A stretch of DNA of 64,000 bases from Octopus sinensis. Taxonomy: Eukaryota. The DNA lies in assembly GCF_006345805.1 (NCBI RefSeq), contig NW_021833008.1, positions 31,156 through 95,155 of the forward strand, written 5' to 3'. The notes beneath the pieces were generated by a model. The model was given only the letters and a program-made list of their open reading frames with translations, ran no database searches and was not told the origin of the DNA. Of the stretch, positions 1 to 14,235 are shown one piece after another. The translations under genes were made by a program, and so were the position numbers. Numbering within the stretch: the first letter of the stretch is position 1; each line of letters opens with the position of its first letter.

Positions 1-3000
1 CTGTAAAAAGCTGCAGAAAAGACATGGGAGGTAGCAGTCACTAGTGATAAGTCTATTCAGATTGGTGTAAGATATGGGCGCTACGGGTTACCTCTGATGG
101 TGGAAGGGACCCCCGTGTCTCATTGGTTAACTACTGCCCACCTCAAGCTGGGCAGCCCCCGGTTAATAAGGTACTGACCCATCACAGGCCGCCTGCTTCA
201 TTGGGTGCTTGGAGCTAAGAGTTTGACTTGAAAAATGGCCTGCAACCTCTGCATCAGGCAAACAACTGAAAGACAAGAAACTACCAGTCCTGCAGTTAGC
301 AAGCTGGAATGTCAGGACCATGTGCCCTGGCATATCTAATGACCTACTCAGGGTGAAAACACACGAAAGACGGCCATCATTGACCGTGAACTAAAGAGAC
401 TTAACATATACATTGCTGAACTGCAGGAGACAAGACTCCCCTGAAATGGCAAACACAAAGAACAGGATTTCACTTTTTTTGGCAGGGAAGCGATCCAGAA
501 GAACCTCGTCAGCATGGTGTTGGCTTTGCAGTGAGAAACTCATTACTCTCCTCAACAGAACCACCATCAGGAGGCACTGAGCGTATCCTCTCACTGCGCT
601 TCCCAACCTCTTTTGGCTCAGTACATCTACTGAGCATCTATGCTCCCACTCTCTACAGCTCAGAGGAGACCAAGAACCAGTTCTACAAAGATCTCAACTG
701 TGTCATTAGAAATATACCAACCAATAAAAACAGCTACCTTCTAGGAGATTTTAGTGCTTACGTGGGATCTGACCATGATTCATGGCCCATTTGTGTTGGA
801 CACTTTGGTATTGGCAACATGAATGACAATGGTAGAGACTACTTGAATTTTGCACATACCATAACCTGTGCATCACCAACACATTCTTTGCCAACAAGCC
901 ATCCCACAAGGCATCTTGGAGACATCCAAGATCTCACAACTGGCATCAGTTGGATCTCATCATTACATGAAGATCCTTTCTGAATTCTGTTCAACTGACC
1001 CGTAGTTACCACAGTGCAGATTATGACACAAATCATTCACTAATAAGAAGCAGGGTGAGGATTCTGCCTAAAAATGTCCATCGCTCCAAGAAAATGGGCC
1101 AACCATGCATTAACACTGCCAGAACCTCAGACTCTACACTGCAAAAATGTTTTGCTGTTTCTATCAAGGTTGCCCTCAGTAGCTGCCCAACCTCCTCTGC
1201 TGAAAGTAGGTGGAATTATATCAGGGAAGCTGTGTATACCACGTCAATAGATACTTTCAGCATGAGAGAAAGGCAAAACCCAGATTGGTTCAGTGCTGGG
1301 CTCTCAGAGCTGGAACCAGTTATTGAAGCAAATCGCACAGCTCTGATGCAATACAAGAGTGATTCTTCTACAAAGACACTCAAAGAACTCAAAAAGGCAA
1401 GAAGTAAAACCCAACTGACTGCCAGACGCTGTGCAAATAGGTATTGGCAGGAAATGTGTCAGAGTATCCAGTCAGCTGCTGACAGTAGTGACACCCGTGG
1501 GATGTATGCTGGTTTGAAGAAGTCCCTCGGTCCATCTGCAACCAAGTCAGACCCTCTGAAATCAATTACTGGAGATCTCATCAAGGACCAAATCAAGCAA
1601 ATGGATAGATGGGTAGAGTACTACCAGGATCTCTACTCACGGGAGACCACAGTAGCTGAGGCTGCAATTGAGGGTGTCAAGATCTTGCCAGTCATGTGTG
1701 AACTTGACAATCTGTCATCTATTGCAGAGCTCAACAAGGTTATTGACTTCCTAGCCAGTAACAAGGCTCTGGGAAAAGATGGCATCCACTCATAGATATT
1801 CAAAGCTGGCAAAAACACTGTCCTGCTTCAGCACCTTCATGAGCTTCTGTGTCAGTGCTGGGAAGATGATACAGTCGCTCAGGATATGCGGGATGCTAAC
1901 ATCATTATGCTTTAGAAAAACAAAGGTGACCGTGGTGATTGTAACAATTACCATGGAATATCACTTCTAAGCACTGTTGGAAAGACCTTTGCTCACGTTA
2001 TCCTGTCCAGGCTACAACTGCTTACTTCTCAAATTTATCCAGAATCACAGTGTGGCTTTAGAAGAAGCAGATCAACTATTGACATGATATTCTCCATATG
2101 CCAACTTCAGGAGAAGTCCAGAGATCAGAGAATGCCATTATATATGGCCGTCATTGACCTGACAAAGGCCGTTGGCTTGGTAAGTAGAAAAGGCCTCTTC
2201 ATCGTGCTCCAAAAAATCAGATGTCCACCAAAACTGAAGATCATTAAATCTTTCCATGATGATATGCAAGGCACCATACAGCACAATGGTTCATCATTAG
2301 CCTCCTTCCAAATAAAAAACGGGGTAAAGCAAGGTTGTGTCCTTGCTCCTACATTATTTGTCATTGTCTTCTCGCTGCTGCTGTCACATGCCTTTGAGAC
2401 ATCATGATGGAGTGTTTCTGCACAGTAGAAGTGACAGGAAACTGTTCAATCTCTCGCATCTGCATACCAAGACCAAAATCAGAAGTGTCCTGATCAAGGA
2501 GATACTATTTGCTGATGCTGCTGCTCTGGTATCACACACAGAAAAAGCCTTGCAAAGGCTCATCAACTGTTTTGAGCAAGCATGTAGTGACTTTGGCTTA
2601 GTTATCAGTCTCAAGAAGACCGACATCATGGGTCAGGCTACATCAGACATCCCAAACATATATTGGAGACCACAGACTACAGGAGGTGGAGAAGTTTACC
2701 TATCTTGGCTCTACCATTACCTATAACCTATCCCTTGATGCTGAGCTCAATATACGCATTGGCAAGGCAACTGCTTGATGGCCCAACTCTCCAAATGGGC
2801 ATGGGACAACAATAAGCTGACCAAGACCACAAAAATAAAGATTTACCAGGCATGTGTACTTAGCACTCTACTATATGGAAATGAGACTTGGACACCATAC
2901 ACATGCCAAGAGCATCGCCTAAATATCTTTCACCTGCGCTGCCTCCGGAAAATCCTCGGCATCAAATGGCAGAATCATGTCCCCAACAAAGATGTCCTGA

Positions 3001-3030
3001 AGCAAGCAGGAATACCAAGCATGTTTACAC
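1..3030 (+). mobile_element. Degenerate RTE (BovB-like) LINE: 5' UTR, APE endonuclease and RT, 3'-truncated, many frameshifts/stops
   Basis: SWNVRTM-like start near 300; ORF pieces 531-983 (SIYAPTL, LGDFSAYVG), 1055-1795, 2084-2407 (IDLTKA, GVKQGCVLAPTLF), 2337-2726 (LFADAAAL), 2775-3164 (STLLYGNETWT). Confidence 0.9.
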
Positions 3031-3242
3031 ACCTCACATATATACTACATGCACAATTTTATAAACTTAATTCACAGTATACTCCCTCTTTCTCCCTCAC
3101 TTTTTACCTTACCCTCTTTTTCTCTCTCCTTTTCCTTTCACTCTTCACCTTTCCTTTCAACTAATCACATGAAAGCATTACAGCCGGGCTAAGTAATAGA
3201 GTAAAAAAAAATTTCATTAAAAAAAAAATTTACACATTTAGC

Positions 3243-3307
3243 CCAGTCATACTATCCAACTGATGCCAGCATGGACAACAGACGTTAAATGATGATGATG
3301 ATGATGA
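3243..3307 (+). mobile_element. Short RTE/SINE 3' tail fragment ending in (GAT)n
   Basis: ccagcatggacaacagacgttaaatgatgatg matches the tail shared by many copies in the window. Confidence 0.7.
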
Positions 3308-3619
3308 TACACACACACACACACACACATATATATATGAAAATACACACACACACACACACATATATATGAAAATACACACACACAAGTAAGCACATTA
3401 ATGGAAAATACAAAATGGAAAACATAGTGCTCAGATACCTAAGACAGAATTATATACTTTTATTAAAGCTGAAAAATCTTCACAAAACTGTTTCACGGTT
3501 TCACATTTCTGTTTGTTGGACAGTTGTGATGATTACTGAATTAAAATCATGATGGCACATGTAACTTAATATGATATAATAAAATTCAGTTTAGTCAATT
3601 AATAACTGTGATGGTCTTT

Positions 3620-4110
3620 TTGTGTGCCTTAGGCTCAATTGCTGGAGACTGATGGTTATGTGAAGCTGCTGTAGACTAATTAAACCCTGACTGGATAAGG
3701 TTGATGCAGGAAGGCCATATGTATGACAGCAGGATTATGTTCCTTGTATCTGCAGAAGGAGTCAGAAGTGGTTTTTGGAAAATTCCTGTGACTTCACAAG
3801 CTCCAGTTTCAGGTCTCCCAATTTCCCCAATTGTAATCTCAGGGATTACTATGCATGGTACGTGATTGAGAAAGAGACCAACTGCTCTGCCTGCAACACC
3901 AAAGCTAAGCTGGTAGCCAAGATCAAAGAAGTTATCCAGAGCTATTTTGGGGCAGTGATGGAAGCTAGAGGTGACTACTTTGAGTAAATTATTATCTCCC
4001 AGTCATAATGTAGTCGATATTCTTCTTAATATTTTTAAATACTTAATTTTTGGATGGGATTTTGAGTTTTCTTTTTGTTTCATGCAAACTGTCAAATTTA
4101 GCCCAGACAC
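3620..4110 (+). mobile_element. Tc1/mariner-superfamily transposase C-terminal remnant
   Basis: ORF 3775-3987 SPNFPNCNLRDYYAWYVIEKETN resembles the WPPNSPDxNPxDYxxW motif; a QQDxxP-like sequence lies upstream. Confidence 0.7.
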
Positions 4111-4142
4111 TGTGTGTGTGTGTGCATGCGTGCGTGTGTGTG

Positions 4143-4360
4143 TGATGATTATGATGATCATTTAACATCGATTTTCCATGCTGGCATTGGTTGGATGGTT
4201 GGGTATGATCCAGCATATTGCAGCGCTGTGCCAAGTTCCAGTGTTAATTTTGGTATGATTTCTACAGTTGGATATTACAATGTGTATCGTGCACTTCTTT
4301 CATGCCACCAGCACTGGTGTGGTCACCAAGTGACTTGCAAGACAAGAGAACAACAAGGAA
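4143..4360 (-). mobile_element. RTE/SINE 3' tail fragment
   Basis: Reverse-complement tail: catttaacatcgattttccatgctggcat. Confidence 0.65.
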
Positions 4361-4899
4361 AAAAGCAAAAGAAAAAGCTCCTGCTACTAAGTGGTGGGGG
4401 AGAGTATTTGAGATGGAGTAGTTGCTTTACACCAGGTGTTGAAAGGCTAGAGTATGATAGAGGGATAAGCACAGGTGTCTTACTATAGTGGAGGTATATG
4501 GCTACGCAACATAACATAGAGGTAGATGGGAGCAGTTGGGGATGTGGTAAAAGAAGATAGTGATGCAGTGTGAAGACAAATTCTTAAGGTACAAGAAGGT
4601 GAGCATAAGATATATGTAGACAGTAGGTCTTGGAAGGGGAGGGGAGAATGGATAAGTTCGTAAAAGTATAATGGGGAAGTAATGTATTGTTAGAGATGGA
4701 GGCAGAGGTGAATGTAGTGAGTGATAGACAAAGGTGGAGATGGGGTTTGGGGGGAATATCATTAAGGTGGGAGAAATAGAAGTAGCTCAGAAAGGATAGA
4801 TCAGTGATGGAGGAATGGGTCATAGGGAATAAGATGTGAAGATTGCTTGATGGGGTAGAATGAGTTGCAAGTACAAACAGAATACTTTTGGGACATCAT

Positions 4900-6060
4900 C
4901 TGTACTCTGGTGGGTTGGTCTTCTGAGGCATAGTGAATAGTCAATTTTCTCAGTCCTTTGTTGTTTCCTGAAAGTGGTTCAACATCTTGAGGTAAGCCTT
5001 CACTACTACATTCCATGTCTTCCTGGTCCTTCTTCTTCCTCAAGTTACCTCTGTTTTGAGTAACTGGCACTTCTTTATGCAACTGTCCTCTTCCATACAC
5101 ATTACATAACCAAACCAGCTCAGTTATTTCTCTTGCACACTATATCTGATTTCTCTTAGGCTTCATTTTTCACTCATTAACTCAGTACTTTGTTGTACAT
5201 GTACACTGACATTACACATCCAATGGAGCCTACTAGCTTTATTCCTCCCTAGTCTTCACATATCTTCTGCATTTACAATTTTCTTTCACTCAGAGAGAGA
5301 AAAGTTTTGTAGTAAACAATGGTAATAGCTCTATGAACTTAATCATCCTATTCTTATTCTATCCACTATACTATCATAACACTGTCCTTCATTGCTAATT
5401 ATGTCACCTAGGTAGCAGAAACTATCTACTGCCTCCAGAGAGCCTCCAGTGCATTCAAGACATCTTGTGTGTTGGTGTTCATTGCTCCCATGTATCTTCC
5501 AAATGCAAAATCTATTTTCTCCATTAGCCTTCTTGTGATTCAGTTACACTTCTTGTATGTCCATAGCTTACACTGTATACACTGTATGGAATTGCTGGTT
5601 ATAATTTTCTACATATAGCAAAGTGTAAATGTCATTTACTTGAACAGAATAAAGACCTGTCCTGTTTTCTTACTAGAATTTTGGTTTTCACTAATTTAAC
5701 TTTAAGGCCTTTTGATTTTAGGTTAAGCTTCCACACCTGGAATTTCTTTTCTAATTCTACTTCAGATTCTGCTTTGAGAATAAATTCATCAGCTTATAGT
5801 AGTTTCCAGGGGCAGCCAGTCTTAAAATTCTCTTTTATGGCCTGGAGGACAATGATGAATAGGAAGGGAGTGTGAACTAATCCCTGGTGGACCCCTACTT
5901 GTACTGTAAATTCATCACTAAACTCATGCCTAACTTTCATTTACTGTATAGCTTTCACAAGCTTCTTCTAAAACCACCAAATCATAGAGCAAAGGACTCT
6001 GCCAAGTTTTCTCCAGGTCAACAAATGCCAAGTACAATGATTTACTCTTAACTAAATACT
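4900..6060 (-). mobile_element. Degenerate RTE LINE RT/3' fragment
   Basis: Antisense of YADEFILKAE (aattcatcagcttata ~5785), VHQG (ccctggtggacc) and AFVDLEK-like segments. Confidence 0.75.
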
Positions 6061-6111
6061 TCTCCTGCATCGCATCTAGTTTAATTCTGTTTTTGATTAA
6101 CTGGGCTGTAA

Positions 6112-6227
<116 letters not shown>

Positions 6228-6239
6228 ATCTGGTCCAGT

Positions 6240-6960
6240 AATTTGGAATTACTTTAGGTATTCCTTTTATCTTTGTAACAACTGACTTCAATGCTGCAAC
6301 ACCAGTTTTTGGCTATGATACCTTGTGTAGCCTGATTAATTATACAGGTGACTAGGCTGTAACCTACTCTGCCAGATATTTTAAGTATCTCAACTGTAAT
6401 TTCTGATGGACCAGAAGCTCCCACAGTCATATCCTTTATTGCCTTGTCTATCACAATACTGTCAGCTAGGATGGCTGGTCCCTCTGTAAGATCAACATTG
6501 AGGAAACTTTCTCCTCTGCATTTTCCACATTTAATAGCCTTTTAGAGTAGCACTTCCATGCATCTCTCTTTTCAGAAACACTAAGAGCAAGCATGTCATT
6601 TCCCAGCTATGCACACATCTCTCCCACATCTTGATTCTCATTTTTACACTCTTACAATCCAGAGTATCTTATGCCTCTCATACTCATGCTGTAAGACACT
6701 GGCAAACCTCTTACTTTCTGCTTCTGCCCTTTCTAAATAAATTTATTGCTTAGCTTCCCTTCCAACAACTTGACAGGTCTTTGCTACCACTATTTTCCCA
6801 CTCTTCCCAAGATTGTCACTTTGTTTTTATGGCCCTATCTACCTCACTGTTCTACCACTTAGTCACATTTGGTCCTGCTGAAACTTCGCTTCATTTCGGG
6901 ATTTGCTCTGTTTCCTTGTCTCATAATAATTTCATCTGTTCTGAATTTTACACATTTCTA
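6240..6960 (-). mobile_element. Degenerate RTE LINE fragment (pre-RT region)
   Basis: ORF 6254-6454 GASGPSEITVEILKISGRVGYSLVTCIINQ matches the intact copy at 17033-19006. Confidence 0.8.
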
Positions 6961-6965
6961 ACACC

Positions 6966-7079
6966 TGTGTGTGTGTGTGTGGTGTGTGTGTGTGTGTGTG
7001 TGTGTGTGTGGTGTTTGTGTGTATGTATCTGTCTGTCTGTCTGCATGTATTTCTATCTGTGTGCATATATGTATGTATT

Positions 7080-7121
<42 letters not shown>

Positions 7122-7160
7122 CATGTGTGTATTTATGTATATGTATGTGTAATATGTATA
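6966..7160. repeat. (GT)n/(GTAT)n microsatellite
   Basis: Directly visible. Confidence 0.9.
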
Positions 7161-8189
7161 TATTTGTATATCATCAACTTTTAACATCCATGGGTCTGAC
7201 AGTTTGCCAGGATCTGGTATGCCAGAGGACTGTACCATGCTCTATTGTCTGCTTTAGCATGGTTTCTACTGGTTGATGCCCTTCATAACACTAACCACTT
7301 TATGCAATGTTCTGGGTGCTTTTTACATTGCACCAGCCCCACAGGAAACACTAAGTAACTTGACAAAGACCCCGGAGGAGAAATACTGAGGGAAGTGGCT
7401 TTGTGCCAGTCAATGAGAGCTTAAAAAGTTTAATCATGTAATAAATATAGGTGTCTTGCTGAAGAAGAGATATATCGATAACCCTATTGGAAAAGAAAGG
7501 AATTAAAGAGTGAGACAGTTAGACAGAAGGATAAAGAGAGAGACAGGGAGTATGATTGAGAGAGAGAGAGAGAGTTAGGGAGAAAGATAGAGAAAGAGAG
7601 AGAGCGAGAGAAATGATGGTAGACATGTGTTGGGACATACCTGCAAGGTACAATGGGGGGTAAATATAACTTAAGTGGTACAGTGAATCGGCAGTGGGTA
7701 ATAGAAGGGCAAATTTCATACCAGTGTGAGGAGAGAAGGTTAGAGATGGGATACAGGTGATCATATTAAGTGAACATGGGAGATATAGGAGTGGCTCAGG
7801 ATGGGGTGGCATGAAGACTATGGTAGATATGTGAAGGCGTTAAGAGTGATGACAGAAAATAAAGTGTTAAGGATGGAGTGTAGCAAAGAGGAGAGAGAGC
7901 AATGGCTAAAGGCAATAAAAGGCGGTGATTGGTGAAAACATTGAGAAATGGAAGTGGTTCCAGGAGAAAGATGAAGAAGATAACCAAAAGGGAGGGGATG
8001 AATGTGCCTGAGAGTAGAACTTGCTCTCAGGTGATTACAGCAGCTGAGTAATACAAAAGATAGAGAAGCCAAGGCTAGGGAAATGATTGATGAAGGGGAG
8101 AGAATGGAGTTGGGGCAGAGCTCCACATATCCAAGCTTTACAAATGTGGTTTCAGGATATCAGTTCTACTGTGGTGATGGCCTTCTTGA

Positions 8190-9040
8190 GTACAAAAACC
8201 ATCAATCATCTTGGTCCTTTGTCATCTTTGTAAGACTGAGCATCTTGAGATCAGCCTTCAATACATCATTCCATGTCTTTCTCGGTCTTCCTCTTCCACA
8301 AGTTTCATCCACTTTAAGTGCTCAGTACTTCTTTATGCAACTGTCCTCGTCATAAGCATCCCATGACCAAATCAATGCAGTCTTCTCTCTTGCACACTAT
8401 ATGTAATTCCTCTTACACATAACTTTCCACTCAATAGATTACCACTTTCTTGTATATGCACACTGGTATTGCACATGCAATGGAGCATACTAGCTTTATT
8501 CCTCTCCAGACTTGCATGTCTCACTATAGCATTGCCATTCATTTCTCTCAGAGAGAGAGAGAGTTTTTTGTTGCCAACAGAGATAAAAGCTCTCTGATTT
8601 CTTCCATCCTCTTCTTATTCCATCAACTACACTTTCAGAACATCTTCCTCCACTGCTAATCAGTCACTTAGATAGCAGAAATTATCTTCTACCTCTAGGG
8701 AGCCTTTGGGCATGTCAATAAATCAATTTCCCATGTATCTGTAGACCTCATGGCTCCTATGCATTTTCTATGTAGAAACACTTCTCTCTCCATTAACCTT
8801 CCTGTGATTCCACTGCATCTCTTGTTTATCCATTGCTTTCACTGGGTATACTGTATGGAATTCCTGCCTAAACCTTTCCTTCATATTGAGTATAGCCATT
8901 TACCTGAAATGAGTAGAGTCTTATCTATATTCTTATTTTCTAGAACCTTGGTCTTTCCTAAATTAACTTTAAGGTTACTCAGTTCCAGGGTTTTCTTTCA
9001 CACCAGGAATTCTTTTCCAACTTTGCTACAGATTCTGTTA
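8190..9040 (-). mobile_element. Degenerate RTE LINE 3' fragment
   Basis: Antisense of GRGRPRKTW (ttccatgtctttctcggtcttcctcttccac) and of the Cys-rich finger region. Confidence 0.75.
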
Positions 9041-9439
9041 TGAGAGCAAGGACATCAGCATACTGTAATTCTGAAGTGAAGCTAGTCTTAGATTTCCCTT
9101 GTAAAATGGGGCCTCGCTTCTGTTCCAACATAGCTCTAAAGGTTTTTAACTCTTATTTCTTACAATATAGGTGCTACCTGGCACCCTCAGTCACAATAGG
9201 TGACAATCAAATTTTTGCTTTACGGTTTTATATTGTGTATAGCTACCTTTTATAATTTGTACATTAGTATTTTGCTGAATCAGCCATAAATTCATAACCT
9301 GCCAACAGATGGCAGTGCACAGTTTGTGTATAAAGTGAGAGCTAGCAATGGCCTTCACAAGGCAGAGTGCTGAGTGATATAGATGTGATTACTTCACAAG
9401 TTGTGAAATATGTTTTTTTGTAATCATGTGTATGCTGTA

Positions 9440-10010
9440 GTCTGCAATTTTGCCATGGACAATAACAAAGAGCCAATGGGATATTTTGTGTTAAACTTGG
9501 TAAGCCTGTTTCAGAGACATTGAGCATGCTTCTGCAAGCTTATGGTGATGATGCAAAGGGTTGTATACAATGTTTCTTGTGGTATGGGCACTTCAAAAGT
9601 AGAAGAACTTCCCTGGAAGATGATGAGTGATCTGGAAGATCTTCCACAAGTGTCACCTCCAAAAAAGTGCTATTGTGCATTGATAATTTGTTCCCCAAGA
9701 CCAGATGGTCAGTTGAGAGTTCTACCATGATGTTTTGAAGCATTTGATGGAGGACATTCAGTGGAAGTGACCATATCTGTGGAGCATGAAGAACTGGATT
9801 CTTTATGCCAACAATGCACACAGTCACTGAACTCTCCTCGCACATGAGTTTCTCATAAAGCAATATGGTATCTCTTCTGCACCTGCCCTATTTGCCAGAT
9901 TTAGCTCCAGATTCCCACCTCTTCCCCAAGATGAAAATGCAGCTCAAAGGTCGCTGTTTTAACACTGTTGTTGAGATTCAAAGTGAATCACAGAAAGTCC
10001 TCAACTCACA
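9440..10010 (+). mobile_element. Internally deleted mariner transposase remnant
   Basis: N-terminal HTH-like FCVKLGKxxSETLSMLLQAYGDD joined to C-terminal HLPYLPDLAPDSHLFPKMKMQLKGRCF (HPPYSPDLAP motif). Confidence 0.8.
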
Positions 10011-10317
10011 GAAAACTACTTACACACATACACACACACACACATTCTCTTGTTTTATATGTATACATATTTCTTATTTGATGTATTTAATATATTTGAT
10101 GTGTCCAATTTGTTTATCCCCATAATTGATTCTATACCTGCTTAACCGGATCCCTCTTATAGCCTTTCTTTACATTGTGAAATGATCCCCTGTAAAGACA
10201 TCAGAGTCTAAGTCTGAATCTTTTGAGCACTGTTAAGTGTTTTCTCTATGGAGAATATCTGGATCTCATCTGTGAACTATATAAATACACACACACACAC
10301 ATATATATATATATATG

Positions 10318-12748
10318 AGGAAACCAGGCTACTGGAGTTCTGTGATGCATGTAAACTTTTAATCTGCAACGCTCACTTCAGGAAGCCAGACAACCACCTT
10401 ATAACCTATCAATGAGGGGACTCTGCTAGCCAGATTGATTTCATCCTCACTAGACAACGGGACGCAGGGTTGCTCTTAAATACAAAGATCCTCCCAGGTG
10501 AAGAATGTACACCCCAGCATAGGCTAATCATTAGTGACTTTATGCTCAAGGCCAGAAGGATACCAAGAAGTAGACCAATCCAAAAAAGAAGGATTTGGAA
10601 GCTAAAGAACCCTTCACATGGTCAGAGATTTAGAGACATCCTCATCAAGAAAGTTGAGGAGAGGGAGGAGGAGCTACAAACATCGGACATAGAAGGTAGC
10701 TGGAAATTCCTACAGGACAGCTTGCTGAGTGCTACAGACCAAGTGTGTGATTGGTGCAAGTCCATCTCATCAGAGGGTCATAGTCTATCTCATCAGAGAG
10801 AGAGTCTGCTTAGATGAGTTGCAGTTCAGTTTTGTGCTGGGTAGAAGCACCACTGATGCTATATTCCTGGTTCGACAACTGCAGGAGAAATACCTAGCTA
10901 AAGATAAACCCCTATACTTAGCTTTTGTGGACTTGGAGAAAGCCTTTGACAGGGTGCCCCAATCCCTTATCTGGTGGGCGATGCGGAAACTGGAGATTGA
11001 CGAATGGTTAATAAGGGCTGTATTAGGATTGTCAATGAGTATAGTGAAGAATTCTGGGTAAAAGTAGGGGTCCACCAAGGTTCAGCCCTCAGTCCCCTTT
11101 TAATCATCATAGTCCTTCAGGCAATAACAGAGGAATTCAAGACGGGTTGCCCCTGGGAGCTCCTCTATGCTGATGACCTGGCCCTCACAACAGAATCACT
11201 ACCGGAACTAGAAAAGAAATTTTGTGTGTAGAAGCTAAGTTTGGAAACAAAAGGCCTTAGAATCAATGCAGCAAAGACCAAAGTTCTAGTAAGTAGGAAG
11301 GCGAACACATCATACACCGCCTCAGGTGGCCCTGCTTGATCTGTAGAAAAGGTGTAGGTAGAAACTCCATAAGATGTACCCAATGTAAGCTATGGACACA
11401 TAAGAGGTGCAACAACATCAAAGGAAAATTTATCGAGAAGATAGCTTTCGTGTGCAGCAGATGCACAGGCCAATAGACCCCACAGATACTTAGAAAACAG
11501 ATTTGATCACACTCCAGGAGGAGAAACTAGAAGTAGTTGATAGTTTTCTGCTACCTAGGTGACCAAGTTAGTTGTGGGGGTGGATGCTCAGAGAGTATTA
11601 CCACTAGAATAAGAATAGCCTGGCCAAAGTTTAGAAATCTTCTTCCCCTACTGGCGACAGAGGGTCTCTCGCTCAGAGTGAAAGGTAGATTATACGACGC
11701 ATGTATGGGAACTGCAATGCTACATGGCAGTGAAACGTGGGCCGTGACTGCGGAGGATATGCGTAGGCTCGAAAGAAATGAAGCTACCATGATCCACTGG
11801 ATGTGTAATGTCAGTGTGCATGCACGACAGTGTAAGTGCCCTGAGAGAAATGTTGAACATAAGAAGCATCGGATGTGGCATGCAGGAGAAGCATTTCTGT
11901 TGGTATGGTCATGTACTACAGATGGGTGCGGAGAGATGTGTGAGGAAGTGCCACCCCCAAACTGTTGAAGGAATCCAGGGTAGAGGTAGACCCAGGAAGA
12001 CACGGGATGAGGTGGTCAAGCATGACCTTCGAACGTTGGGCCTCACAGAGGCCATGACAATAGACCGAGACCTCTGGAGATATGCTGTGACTGAGAAGAC
12101 CCGACAAATGAAGTGAGTTCATGGCTCACAGGATGGCCTGCTGTGCTTGAGGAGACCTATTGAGTCAAATACATCAACATCAAAATAAAAAATCAAATGG
12201 ATATTGTAGTTGTGATACCCATGGCGGTGGCATGTTGGGCCTCACAGAGGCAATGACGAAAGACCGCGACCCCTGAGATATGCTGTGACTGCGAAAACCC
12301 AACAAATAAAGGTAGTTTATGGTTCGCAGGATGGCCTACTATGCTTACCTTGTGCTTGAGGAGACCTATTGAGTTAAGTACATCTACATCAAAATAAAAA
12401 TCAATGGAAATTGTAGAAGTGATACCTGTACTAGTAGCATGTAAAAAGCACCATCCGAACGTGGCCGATGCCAGCGCCGCCTTGACTGGCGTCCGTGCTG
12501 GTGACACGTAAAAAGCACCAACCAATCATGGCAGTCTACCGTCCTCCCCTGGTCTCTATGCCAGTGGCATGTAAAAAGCACCCACTACACTCACTGAGTG
12601 GTTGGCGTTAGGAAGAGCATCCAGCTGTAGAAACACTGCCAGATGAGACTGGAGCCAGATGCAGCCTCCTGGCTTCCCAGACCCCAGTTGAACCCTCCGA
12701 CCCATGCTAGCATGGAAATTGGATGTTAAACGATGATGATGATGTATG
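10318..12748 (+). mobile_element. Degenerate RTE LINE (endonuclease end to 3' tail) with internal deletion near 10790
   Basis: ORFs 10470-10817, 10729-11061 ([13 protein letters not shown]), 11004-11231 (LLYADD), 11537-11968, 11808-12116; (GAT)n tail at 12732-12744. Confidence 0.9.
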
Positions 12749-13214
12749 TATATCCATGTAACTCCTCTGCAACAAGACATGGCATATCCATGTAATTCCT
12801 ACAACAGTAATACACCTATATCTGTCCCCTCTGTACTTTAAATCTCACAACTGCTACAAAGCTACACTCTCCCAGTTGGTAGGGTATTTTGTGTTGCAAG
12901 GTACTTGTTGACCCTGTTAATGCTGTTGCCATGTAAAAAGCACTGGTGCTGGTGCCACATAAAATCACCAATACAATCTGTAAAGTGGTTGGCATCAGAA
13001 AAGCCATCAAGCTGCAGAAACCATACCAAAACAGACAGTGAACATTGTTGTGGCTTCTAGCTTTGTCAGTTCCTGTCAAACTTTCCAACATATGCCAGCA
13101 TGGAAAACAGATGTTATTATGATGATGATGATGATGATATACTTAGATGTACATAAATATAAACATACACCACAGTAATTATCTTCTCTTTCTCTTATAA
13201 GCAAGGTTTTGTGT

Positions 13215-13510
13215 CATTCTGGATTGACTTCCCAGCAACATTGCTGAGAAGCTTCTTCTGGAGTCTCAGTATAGTTTCAGAAGTGGCAGAGTGATATTGG
13301 ATAGGATTTTTGTTTTGCATCCTGTCAGGCAACTTCAAGAGAAATGCATTGAACAGAAGCTGGACTTGTATGAAGTCTCTGTTGATCTGAAGAAGACTTT
13401 TGATCCTGTAAATAGAAGTGCTTTATGGAATGTTCTGAATCTTCAGTGTCCTGTTAAGTGTGTTCCTCTGCTTAGATGTTTTCATGATAGAATTGAGAGT
13501 ATGTGTTGAA
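13215..13510 (+). mobile_element. RTE (BovB-like) RT fragment
   Basis: LLESQYSFRSGR then VRQLQEKCIEQKLDLYEVSVDLKKTFD. Confidence 0.75.
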
Positions 13511-13533
13511 ATGGTGTTAAACAAAGCCATATA

Positions 13534-14203
13534 TCTCTATATATAAAACTGAAATGTTTTTGGACCGCTTGGATCGCTTTCAAGGCCACTACAACCCATC
13601 GGATTGACACCAAAATTTACAGGGACATGTAAAATGAGGTGACGATGCCCGTGGGCTACCTTAGAAATCCCTATATGAAAAGGTGTCGTTGCTAGGGCCA
13701 AAAATCCACTTTGACAAGTCCACTCCCATTCTTTTACATATCTGTCTTCCTCACTCACGCTATTTCCTCCATTCCCCTCTAACTCCCCTTCAGTTTCCCT
13801 TTATAAGTTCGTCAAACGGCGTTCTTTATCTCACTGTCTGCATTCATAGAGAGAATTATCATTGCCACCAACAACACACAATCATGAGAACAAATATTAT
13901 GAATCAGATATTCCTTGCGTTCATTTATATATGTGTGTTCTATATATAAATATGTATATATAATGTATATATACAAAGTGTATATATCTGTATTTATGTA
14001 TATTAAACTTTTTAATACTTTTTCATAGTTATATTTATTTTTAAACAAATTATAAATATAATTTAATAATTTTTATTGTAAATTTAAATAATTTAAATTT
14101 TTCAATTTTATATTTTATATATTTTCTATATTATATTTTTATTTTTATGTTTTTGGTTTTTCAGTTTCATTTGCCTATTAGTGGTTTTATCTCTAATTTA
14201 ATG

Positions 14204-14235
<32 letters not shown>

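Noticed and set aside
1-280. Possible HDV-like ribozyme in the RTE 5' UTR (hairpin ctgccca/tgggcag)
   Set aside because: I could not fit a double pseudoknot by eye; it needs a descriptor search.
7500-8180. Purine-rich segments (also 4380-4830) with a cctgagag/ctctcagg hairpin at ~8005-8030
   Set aside because: Probably old repeat UTRs; no motif could be supported.
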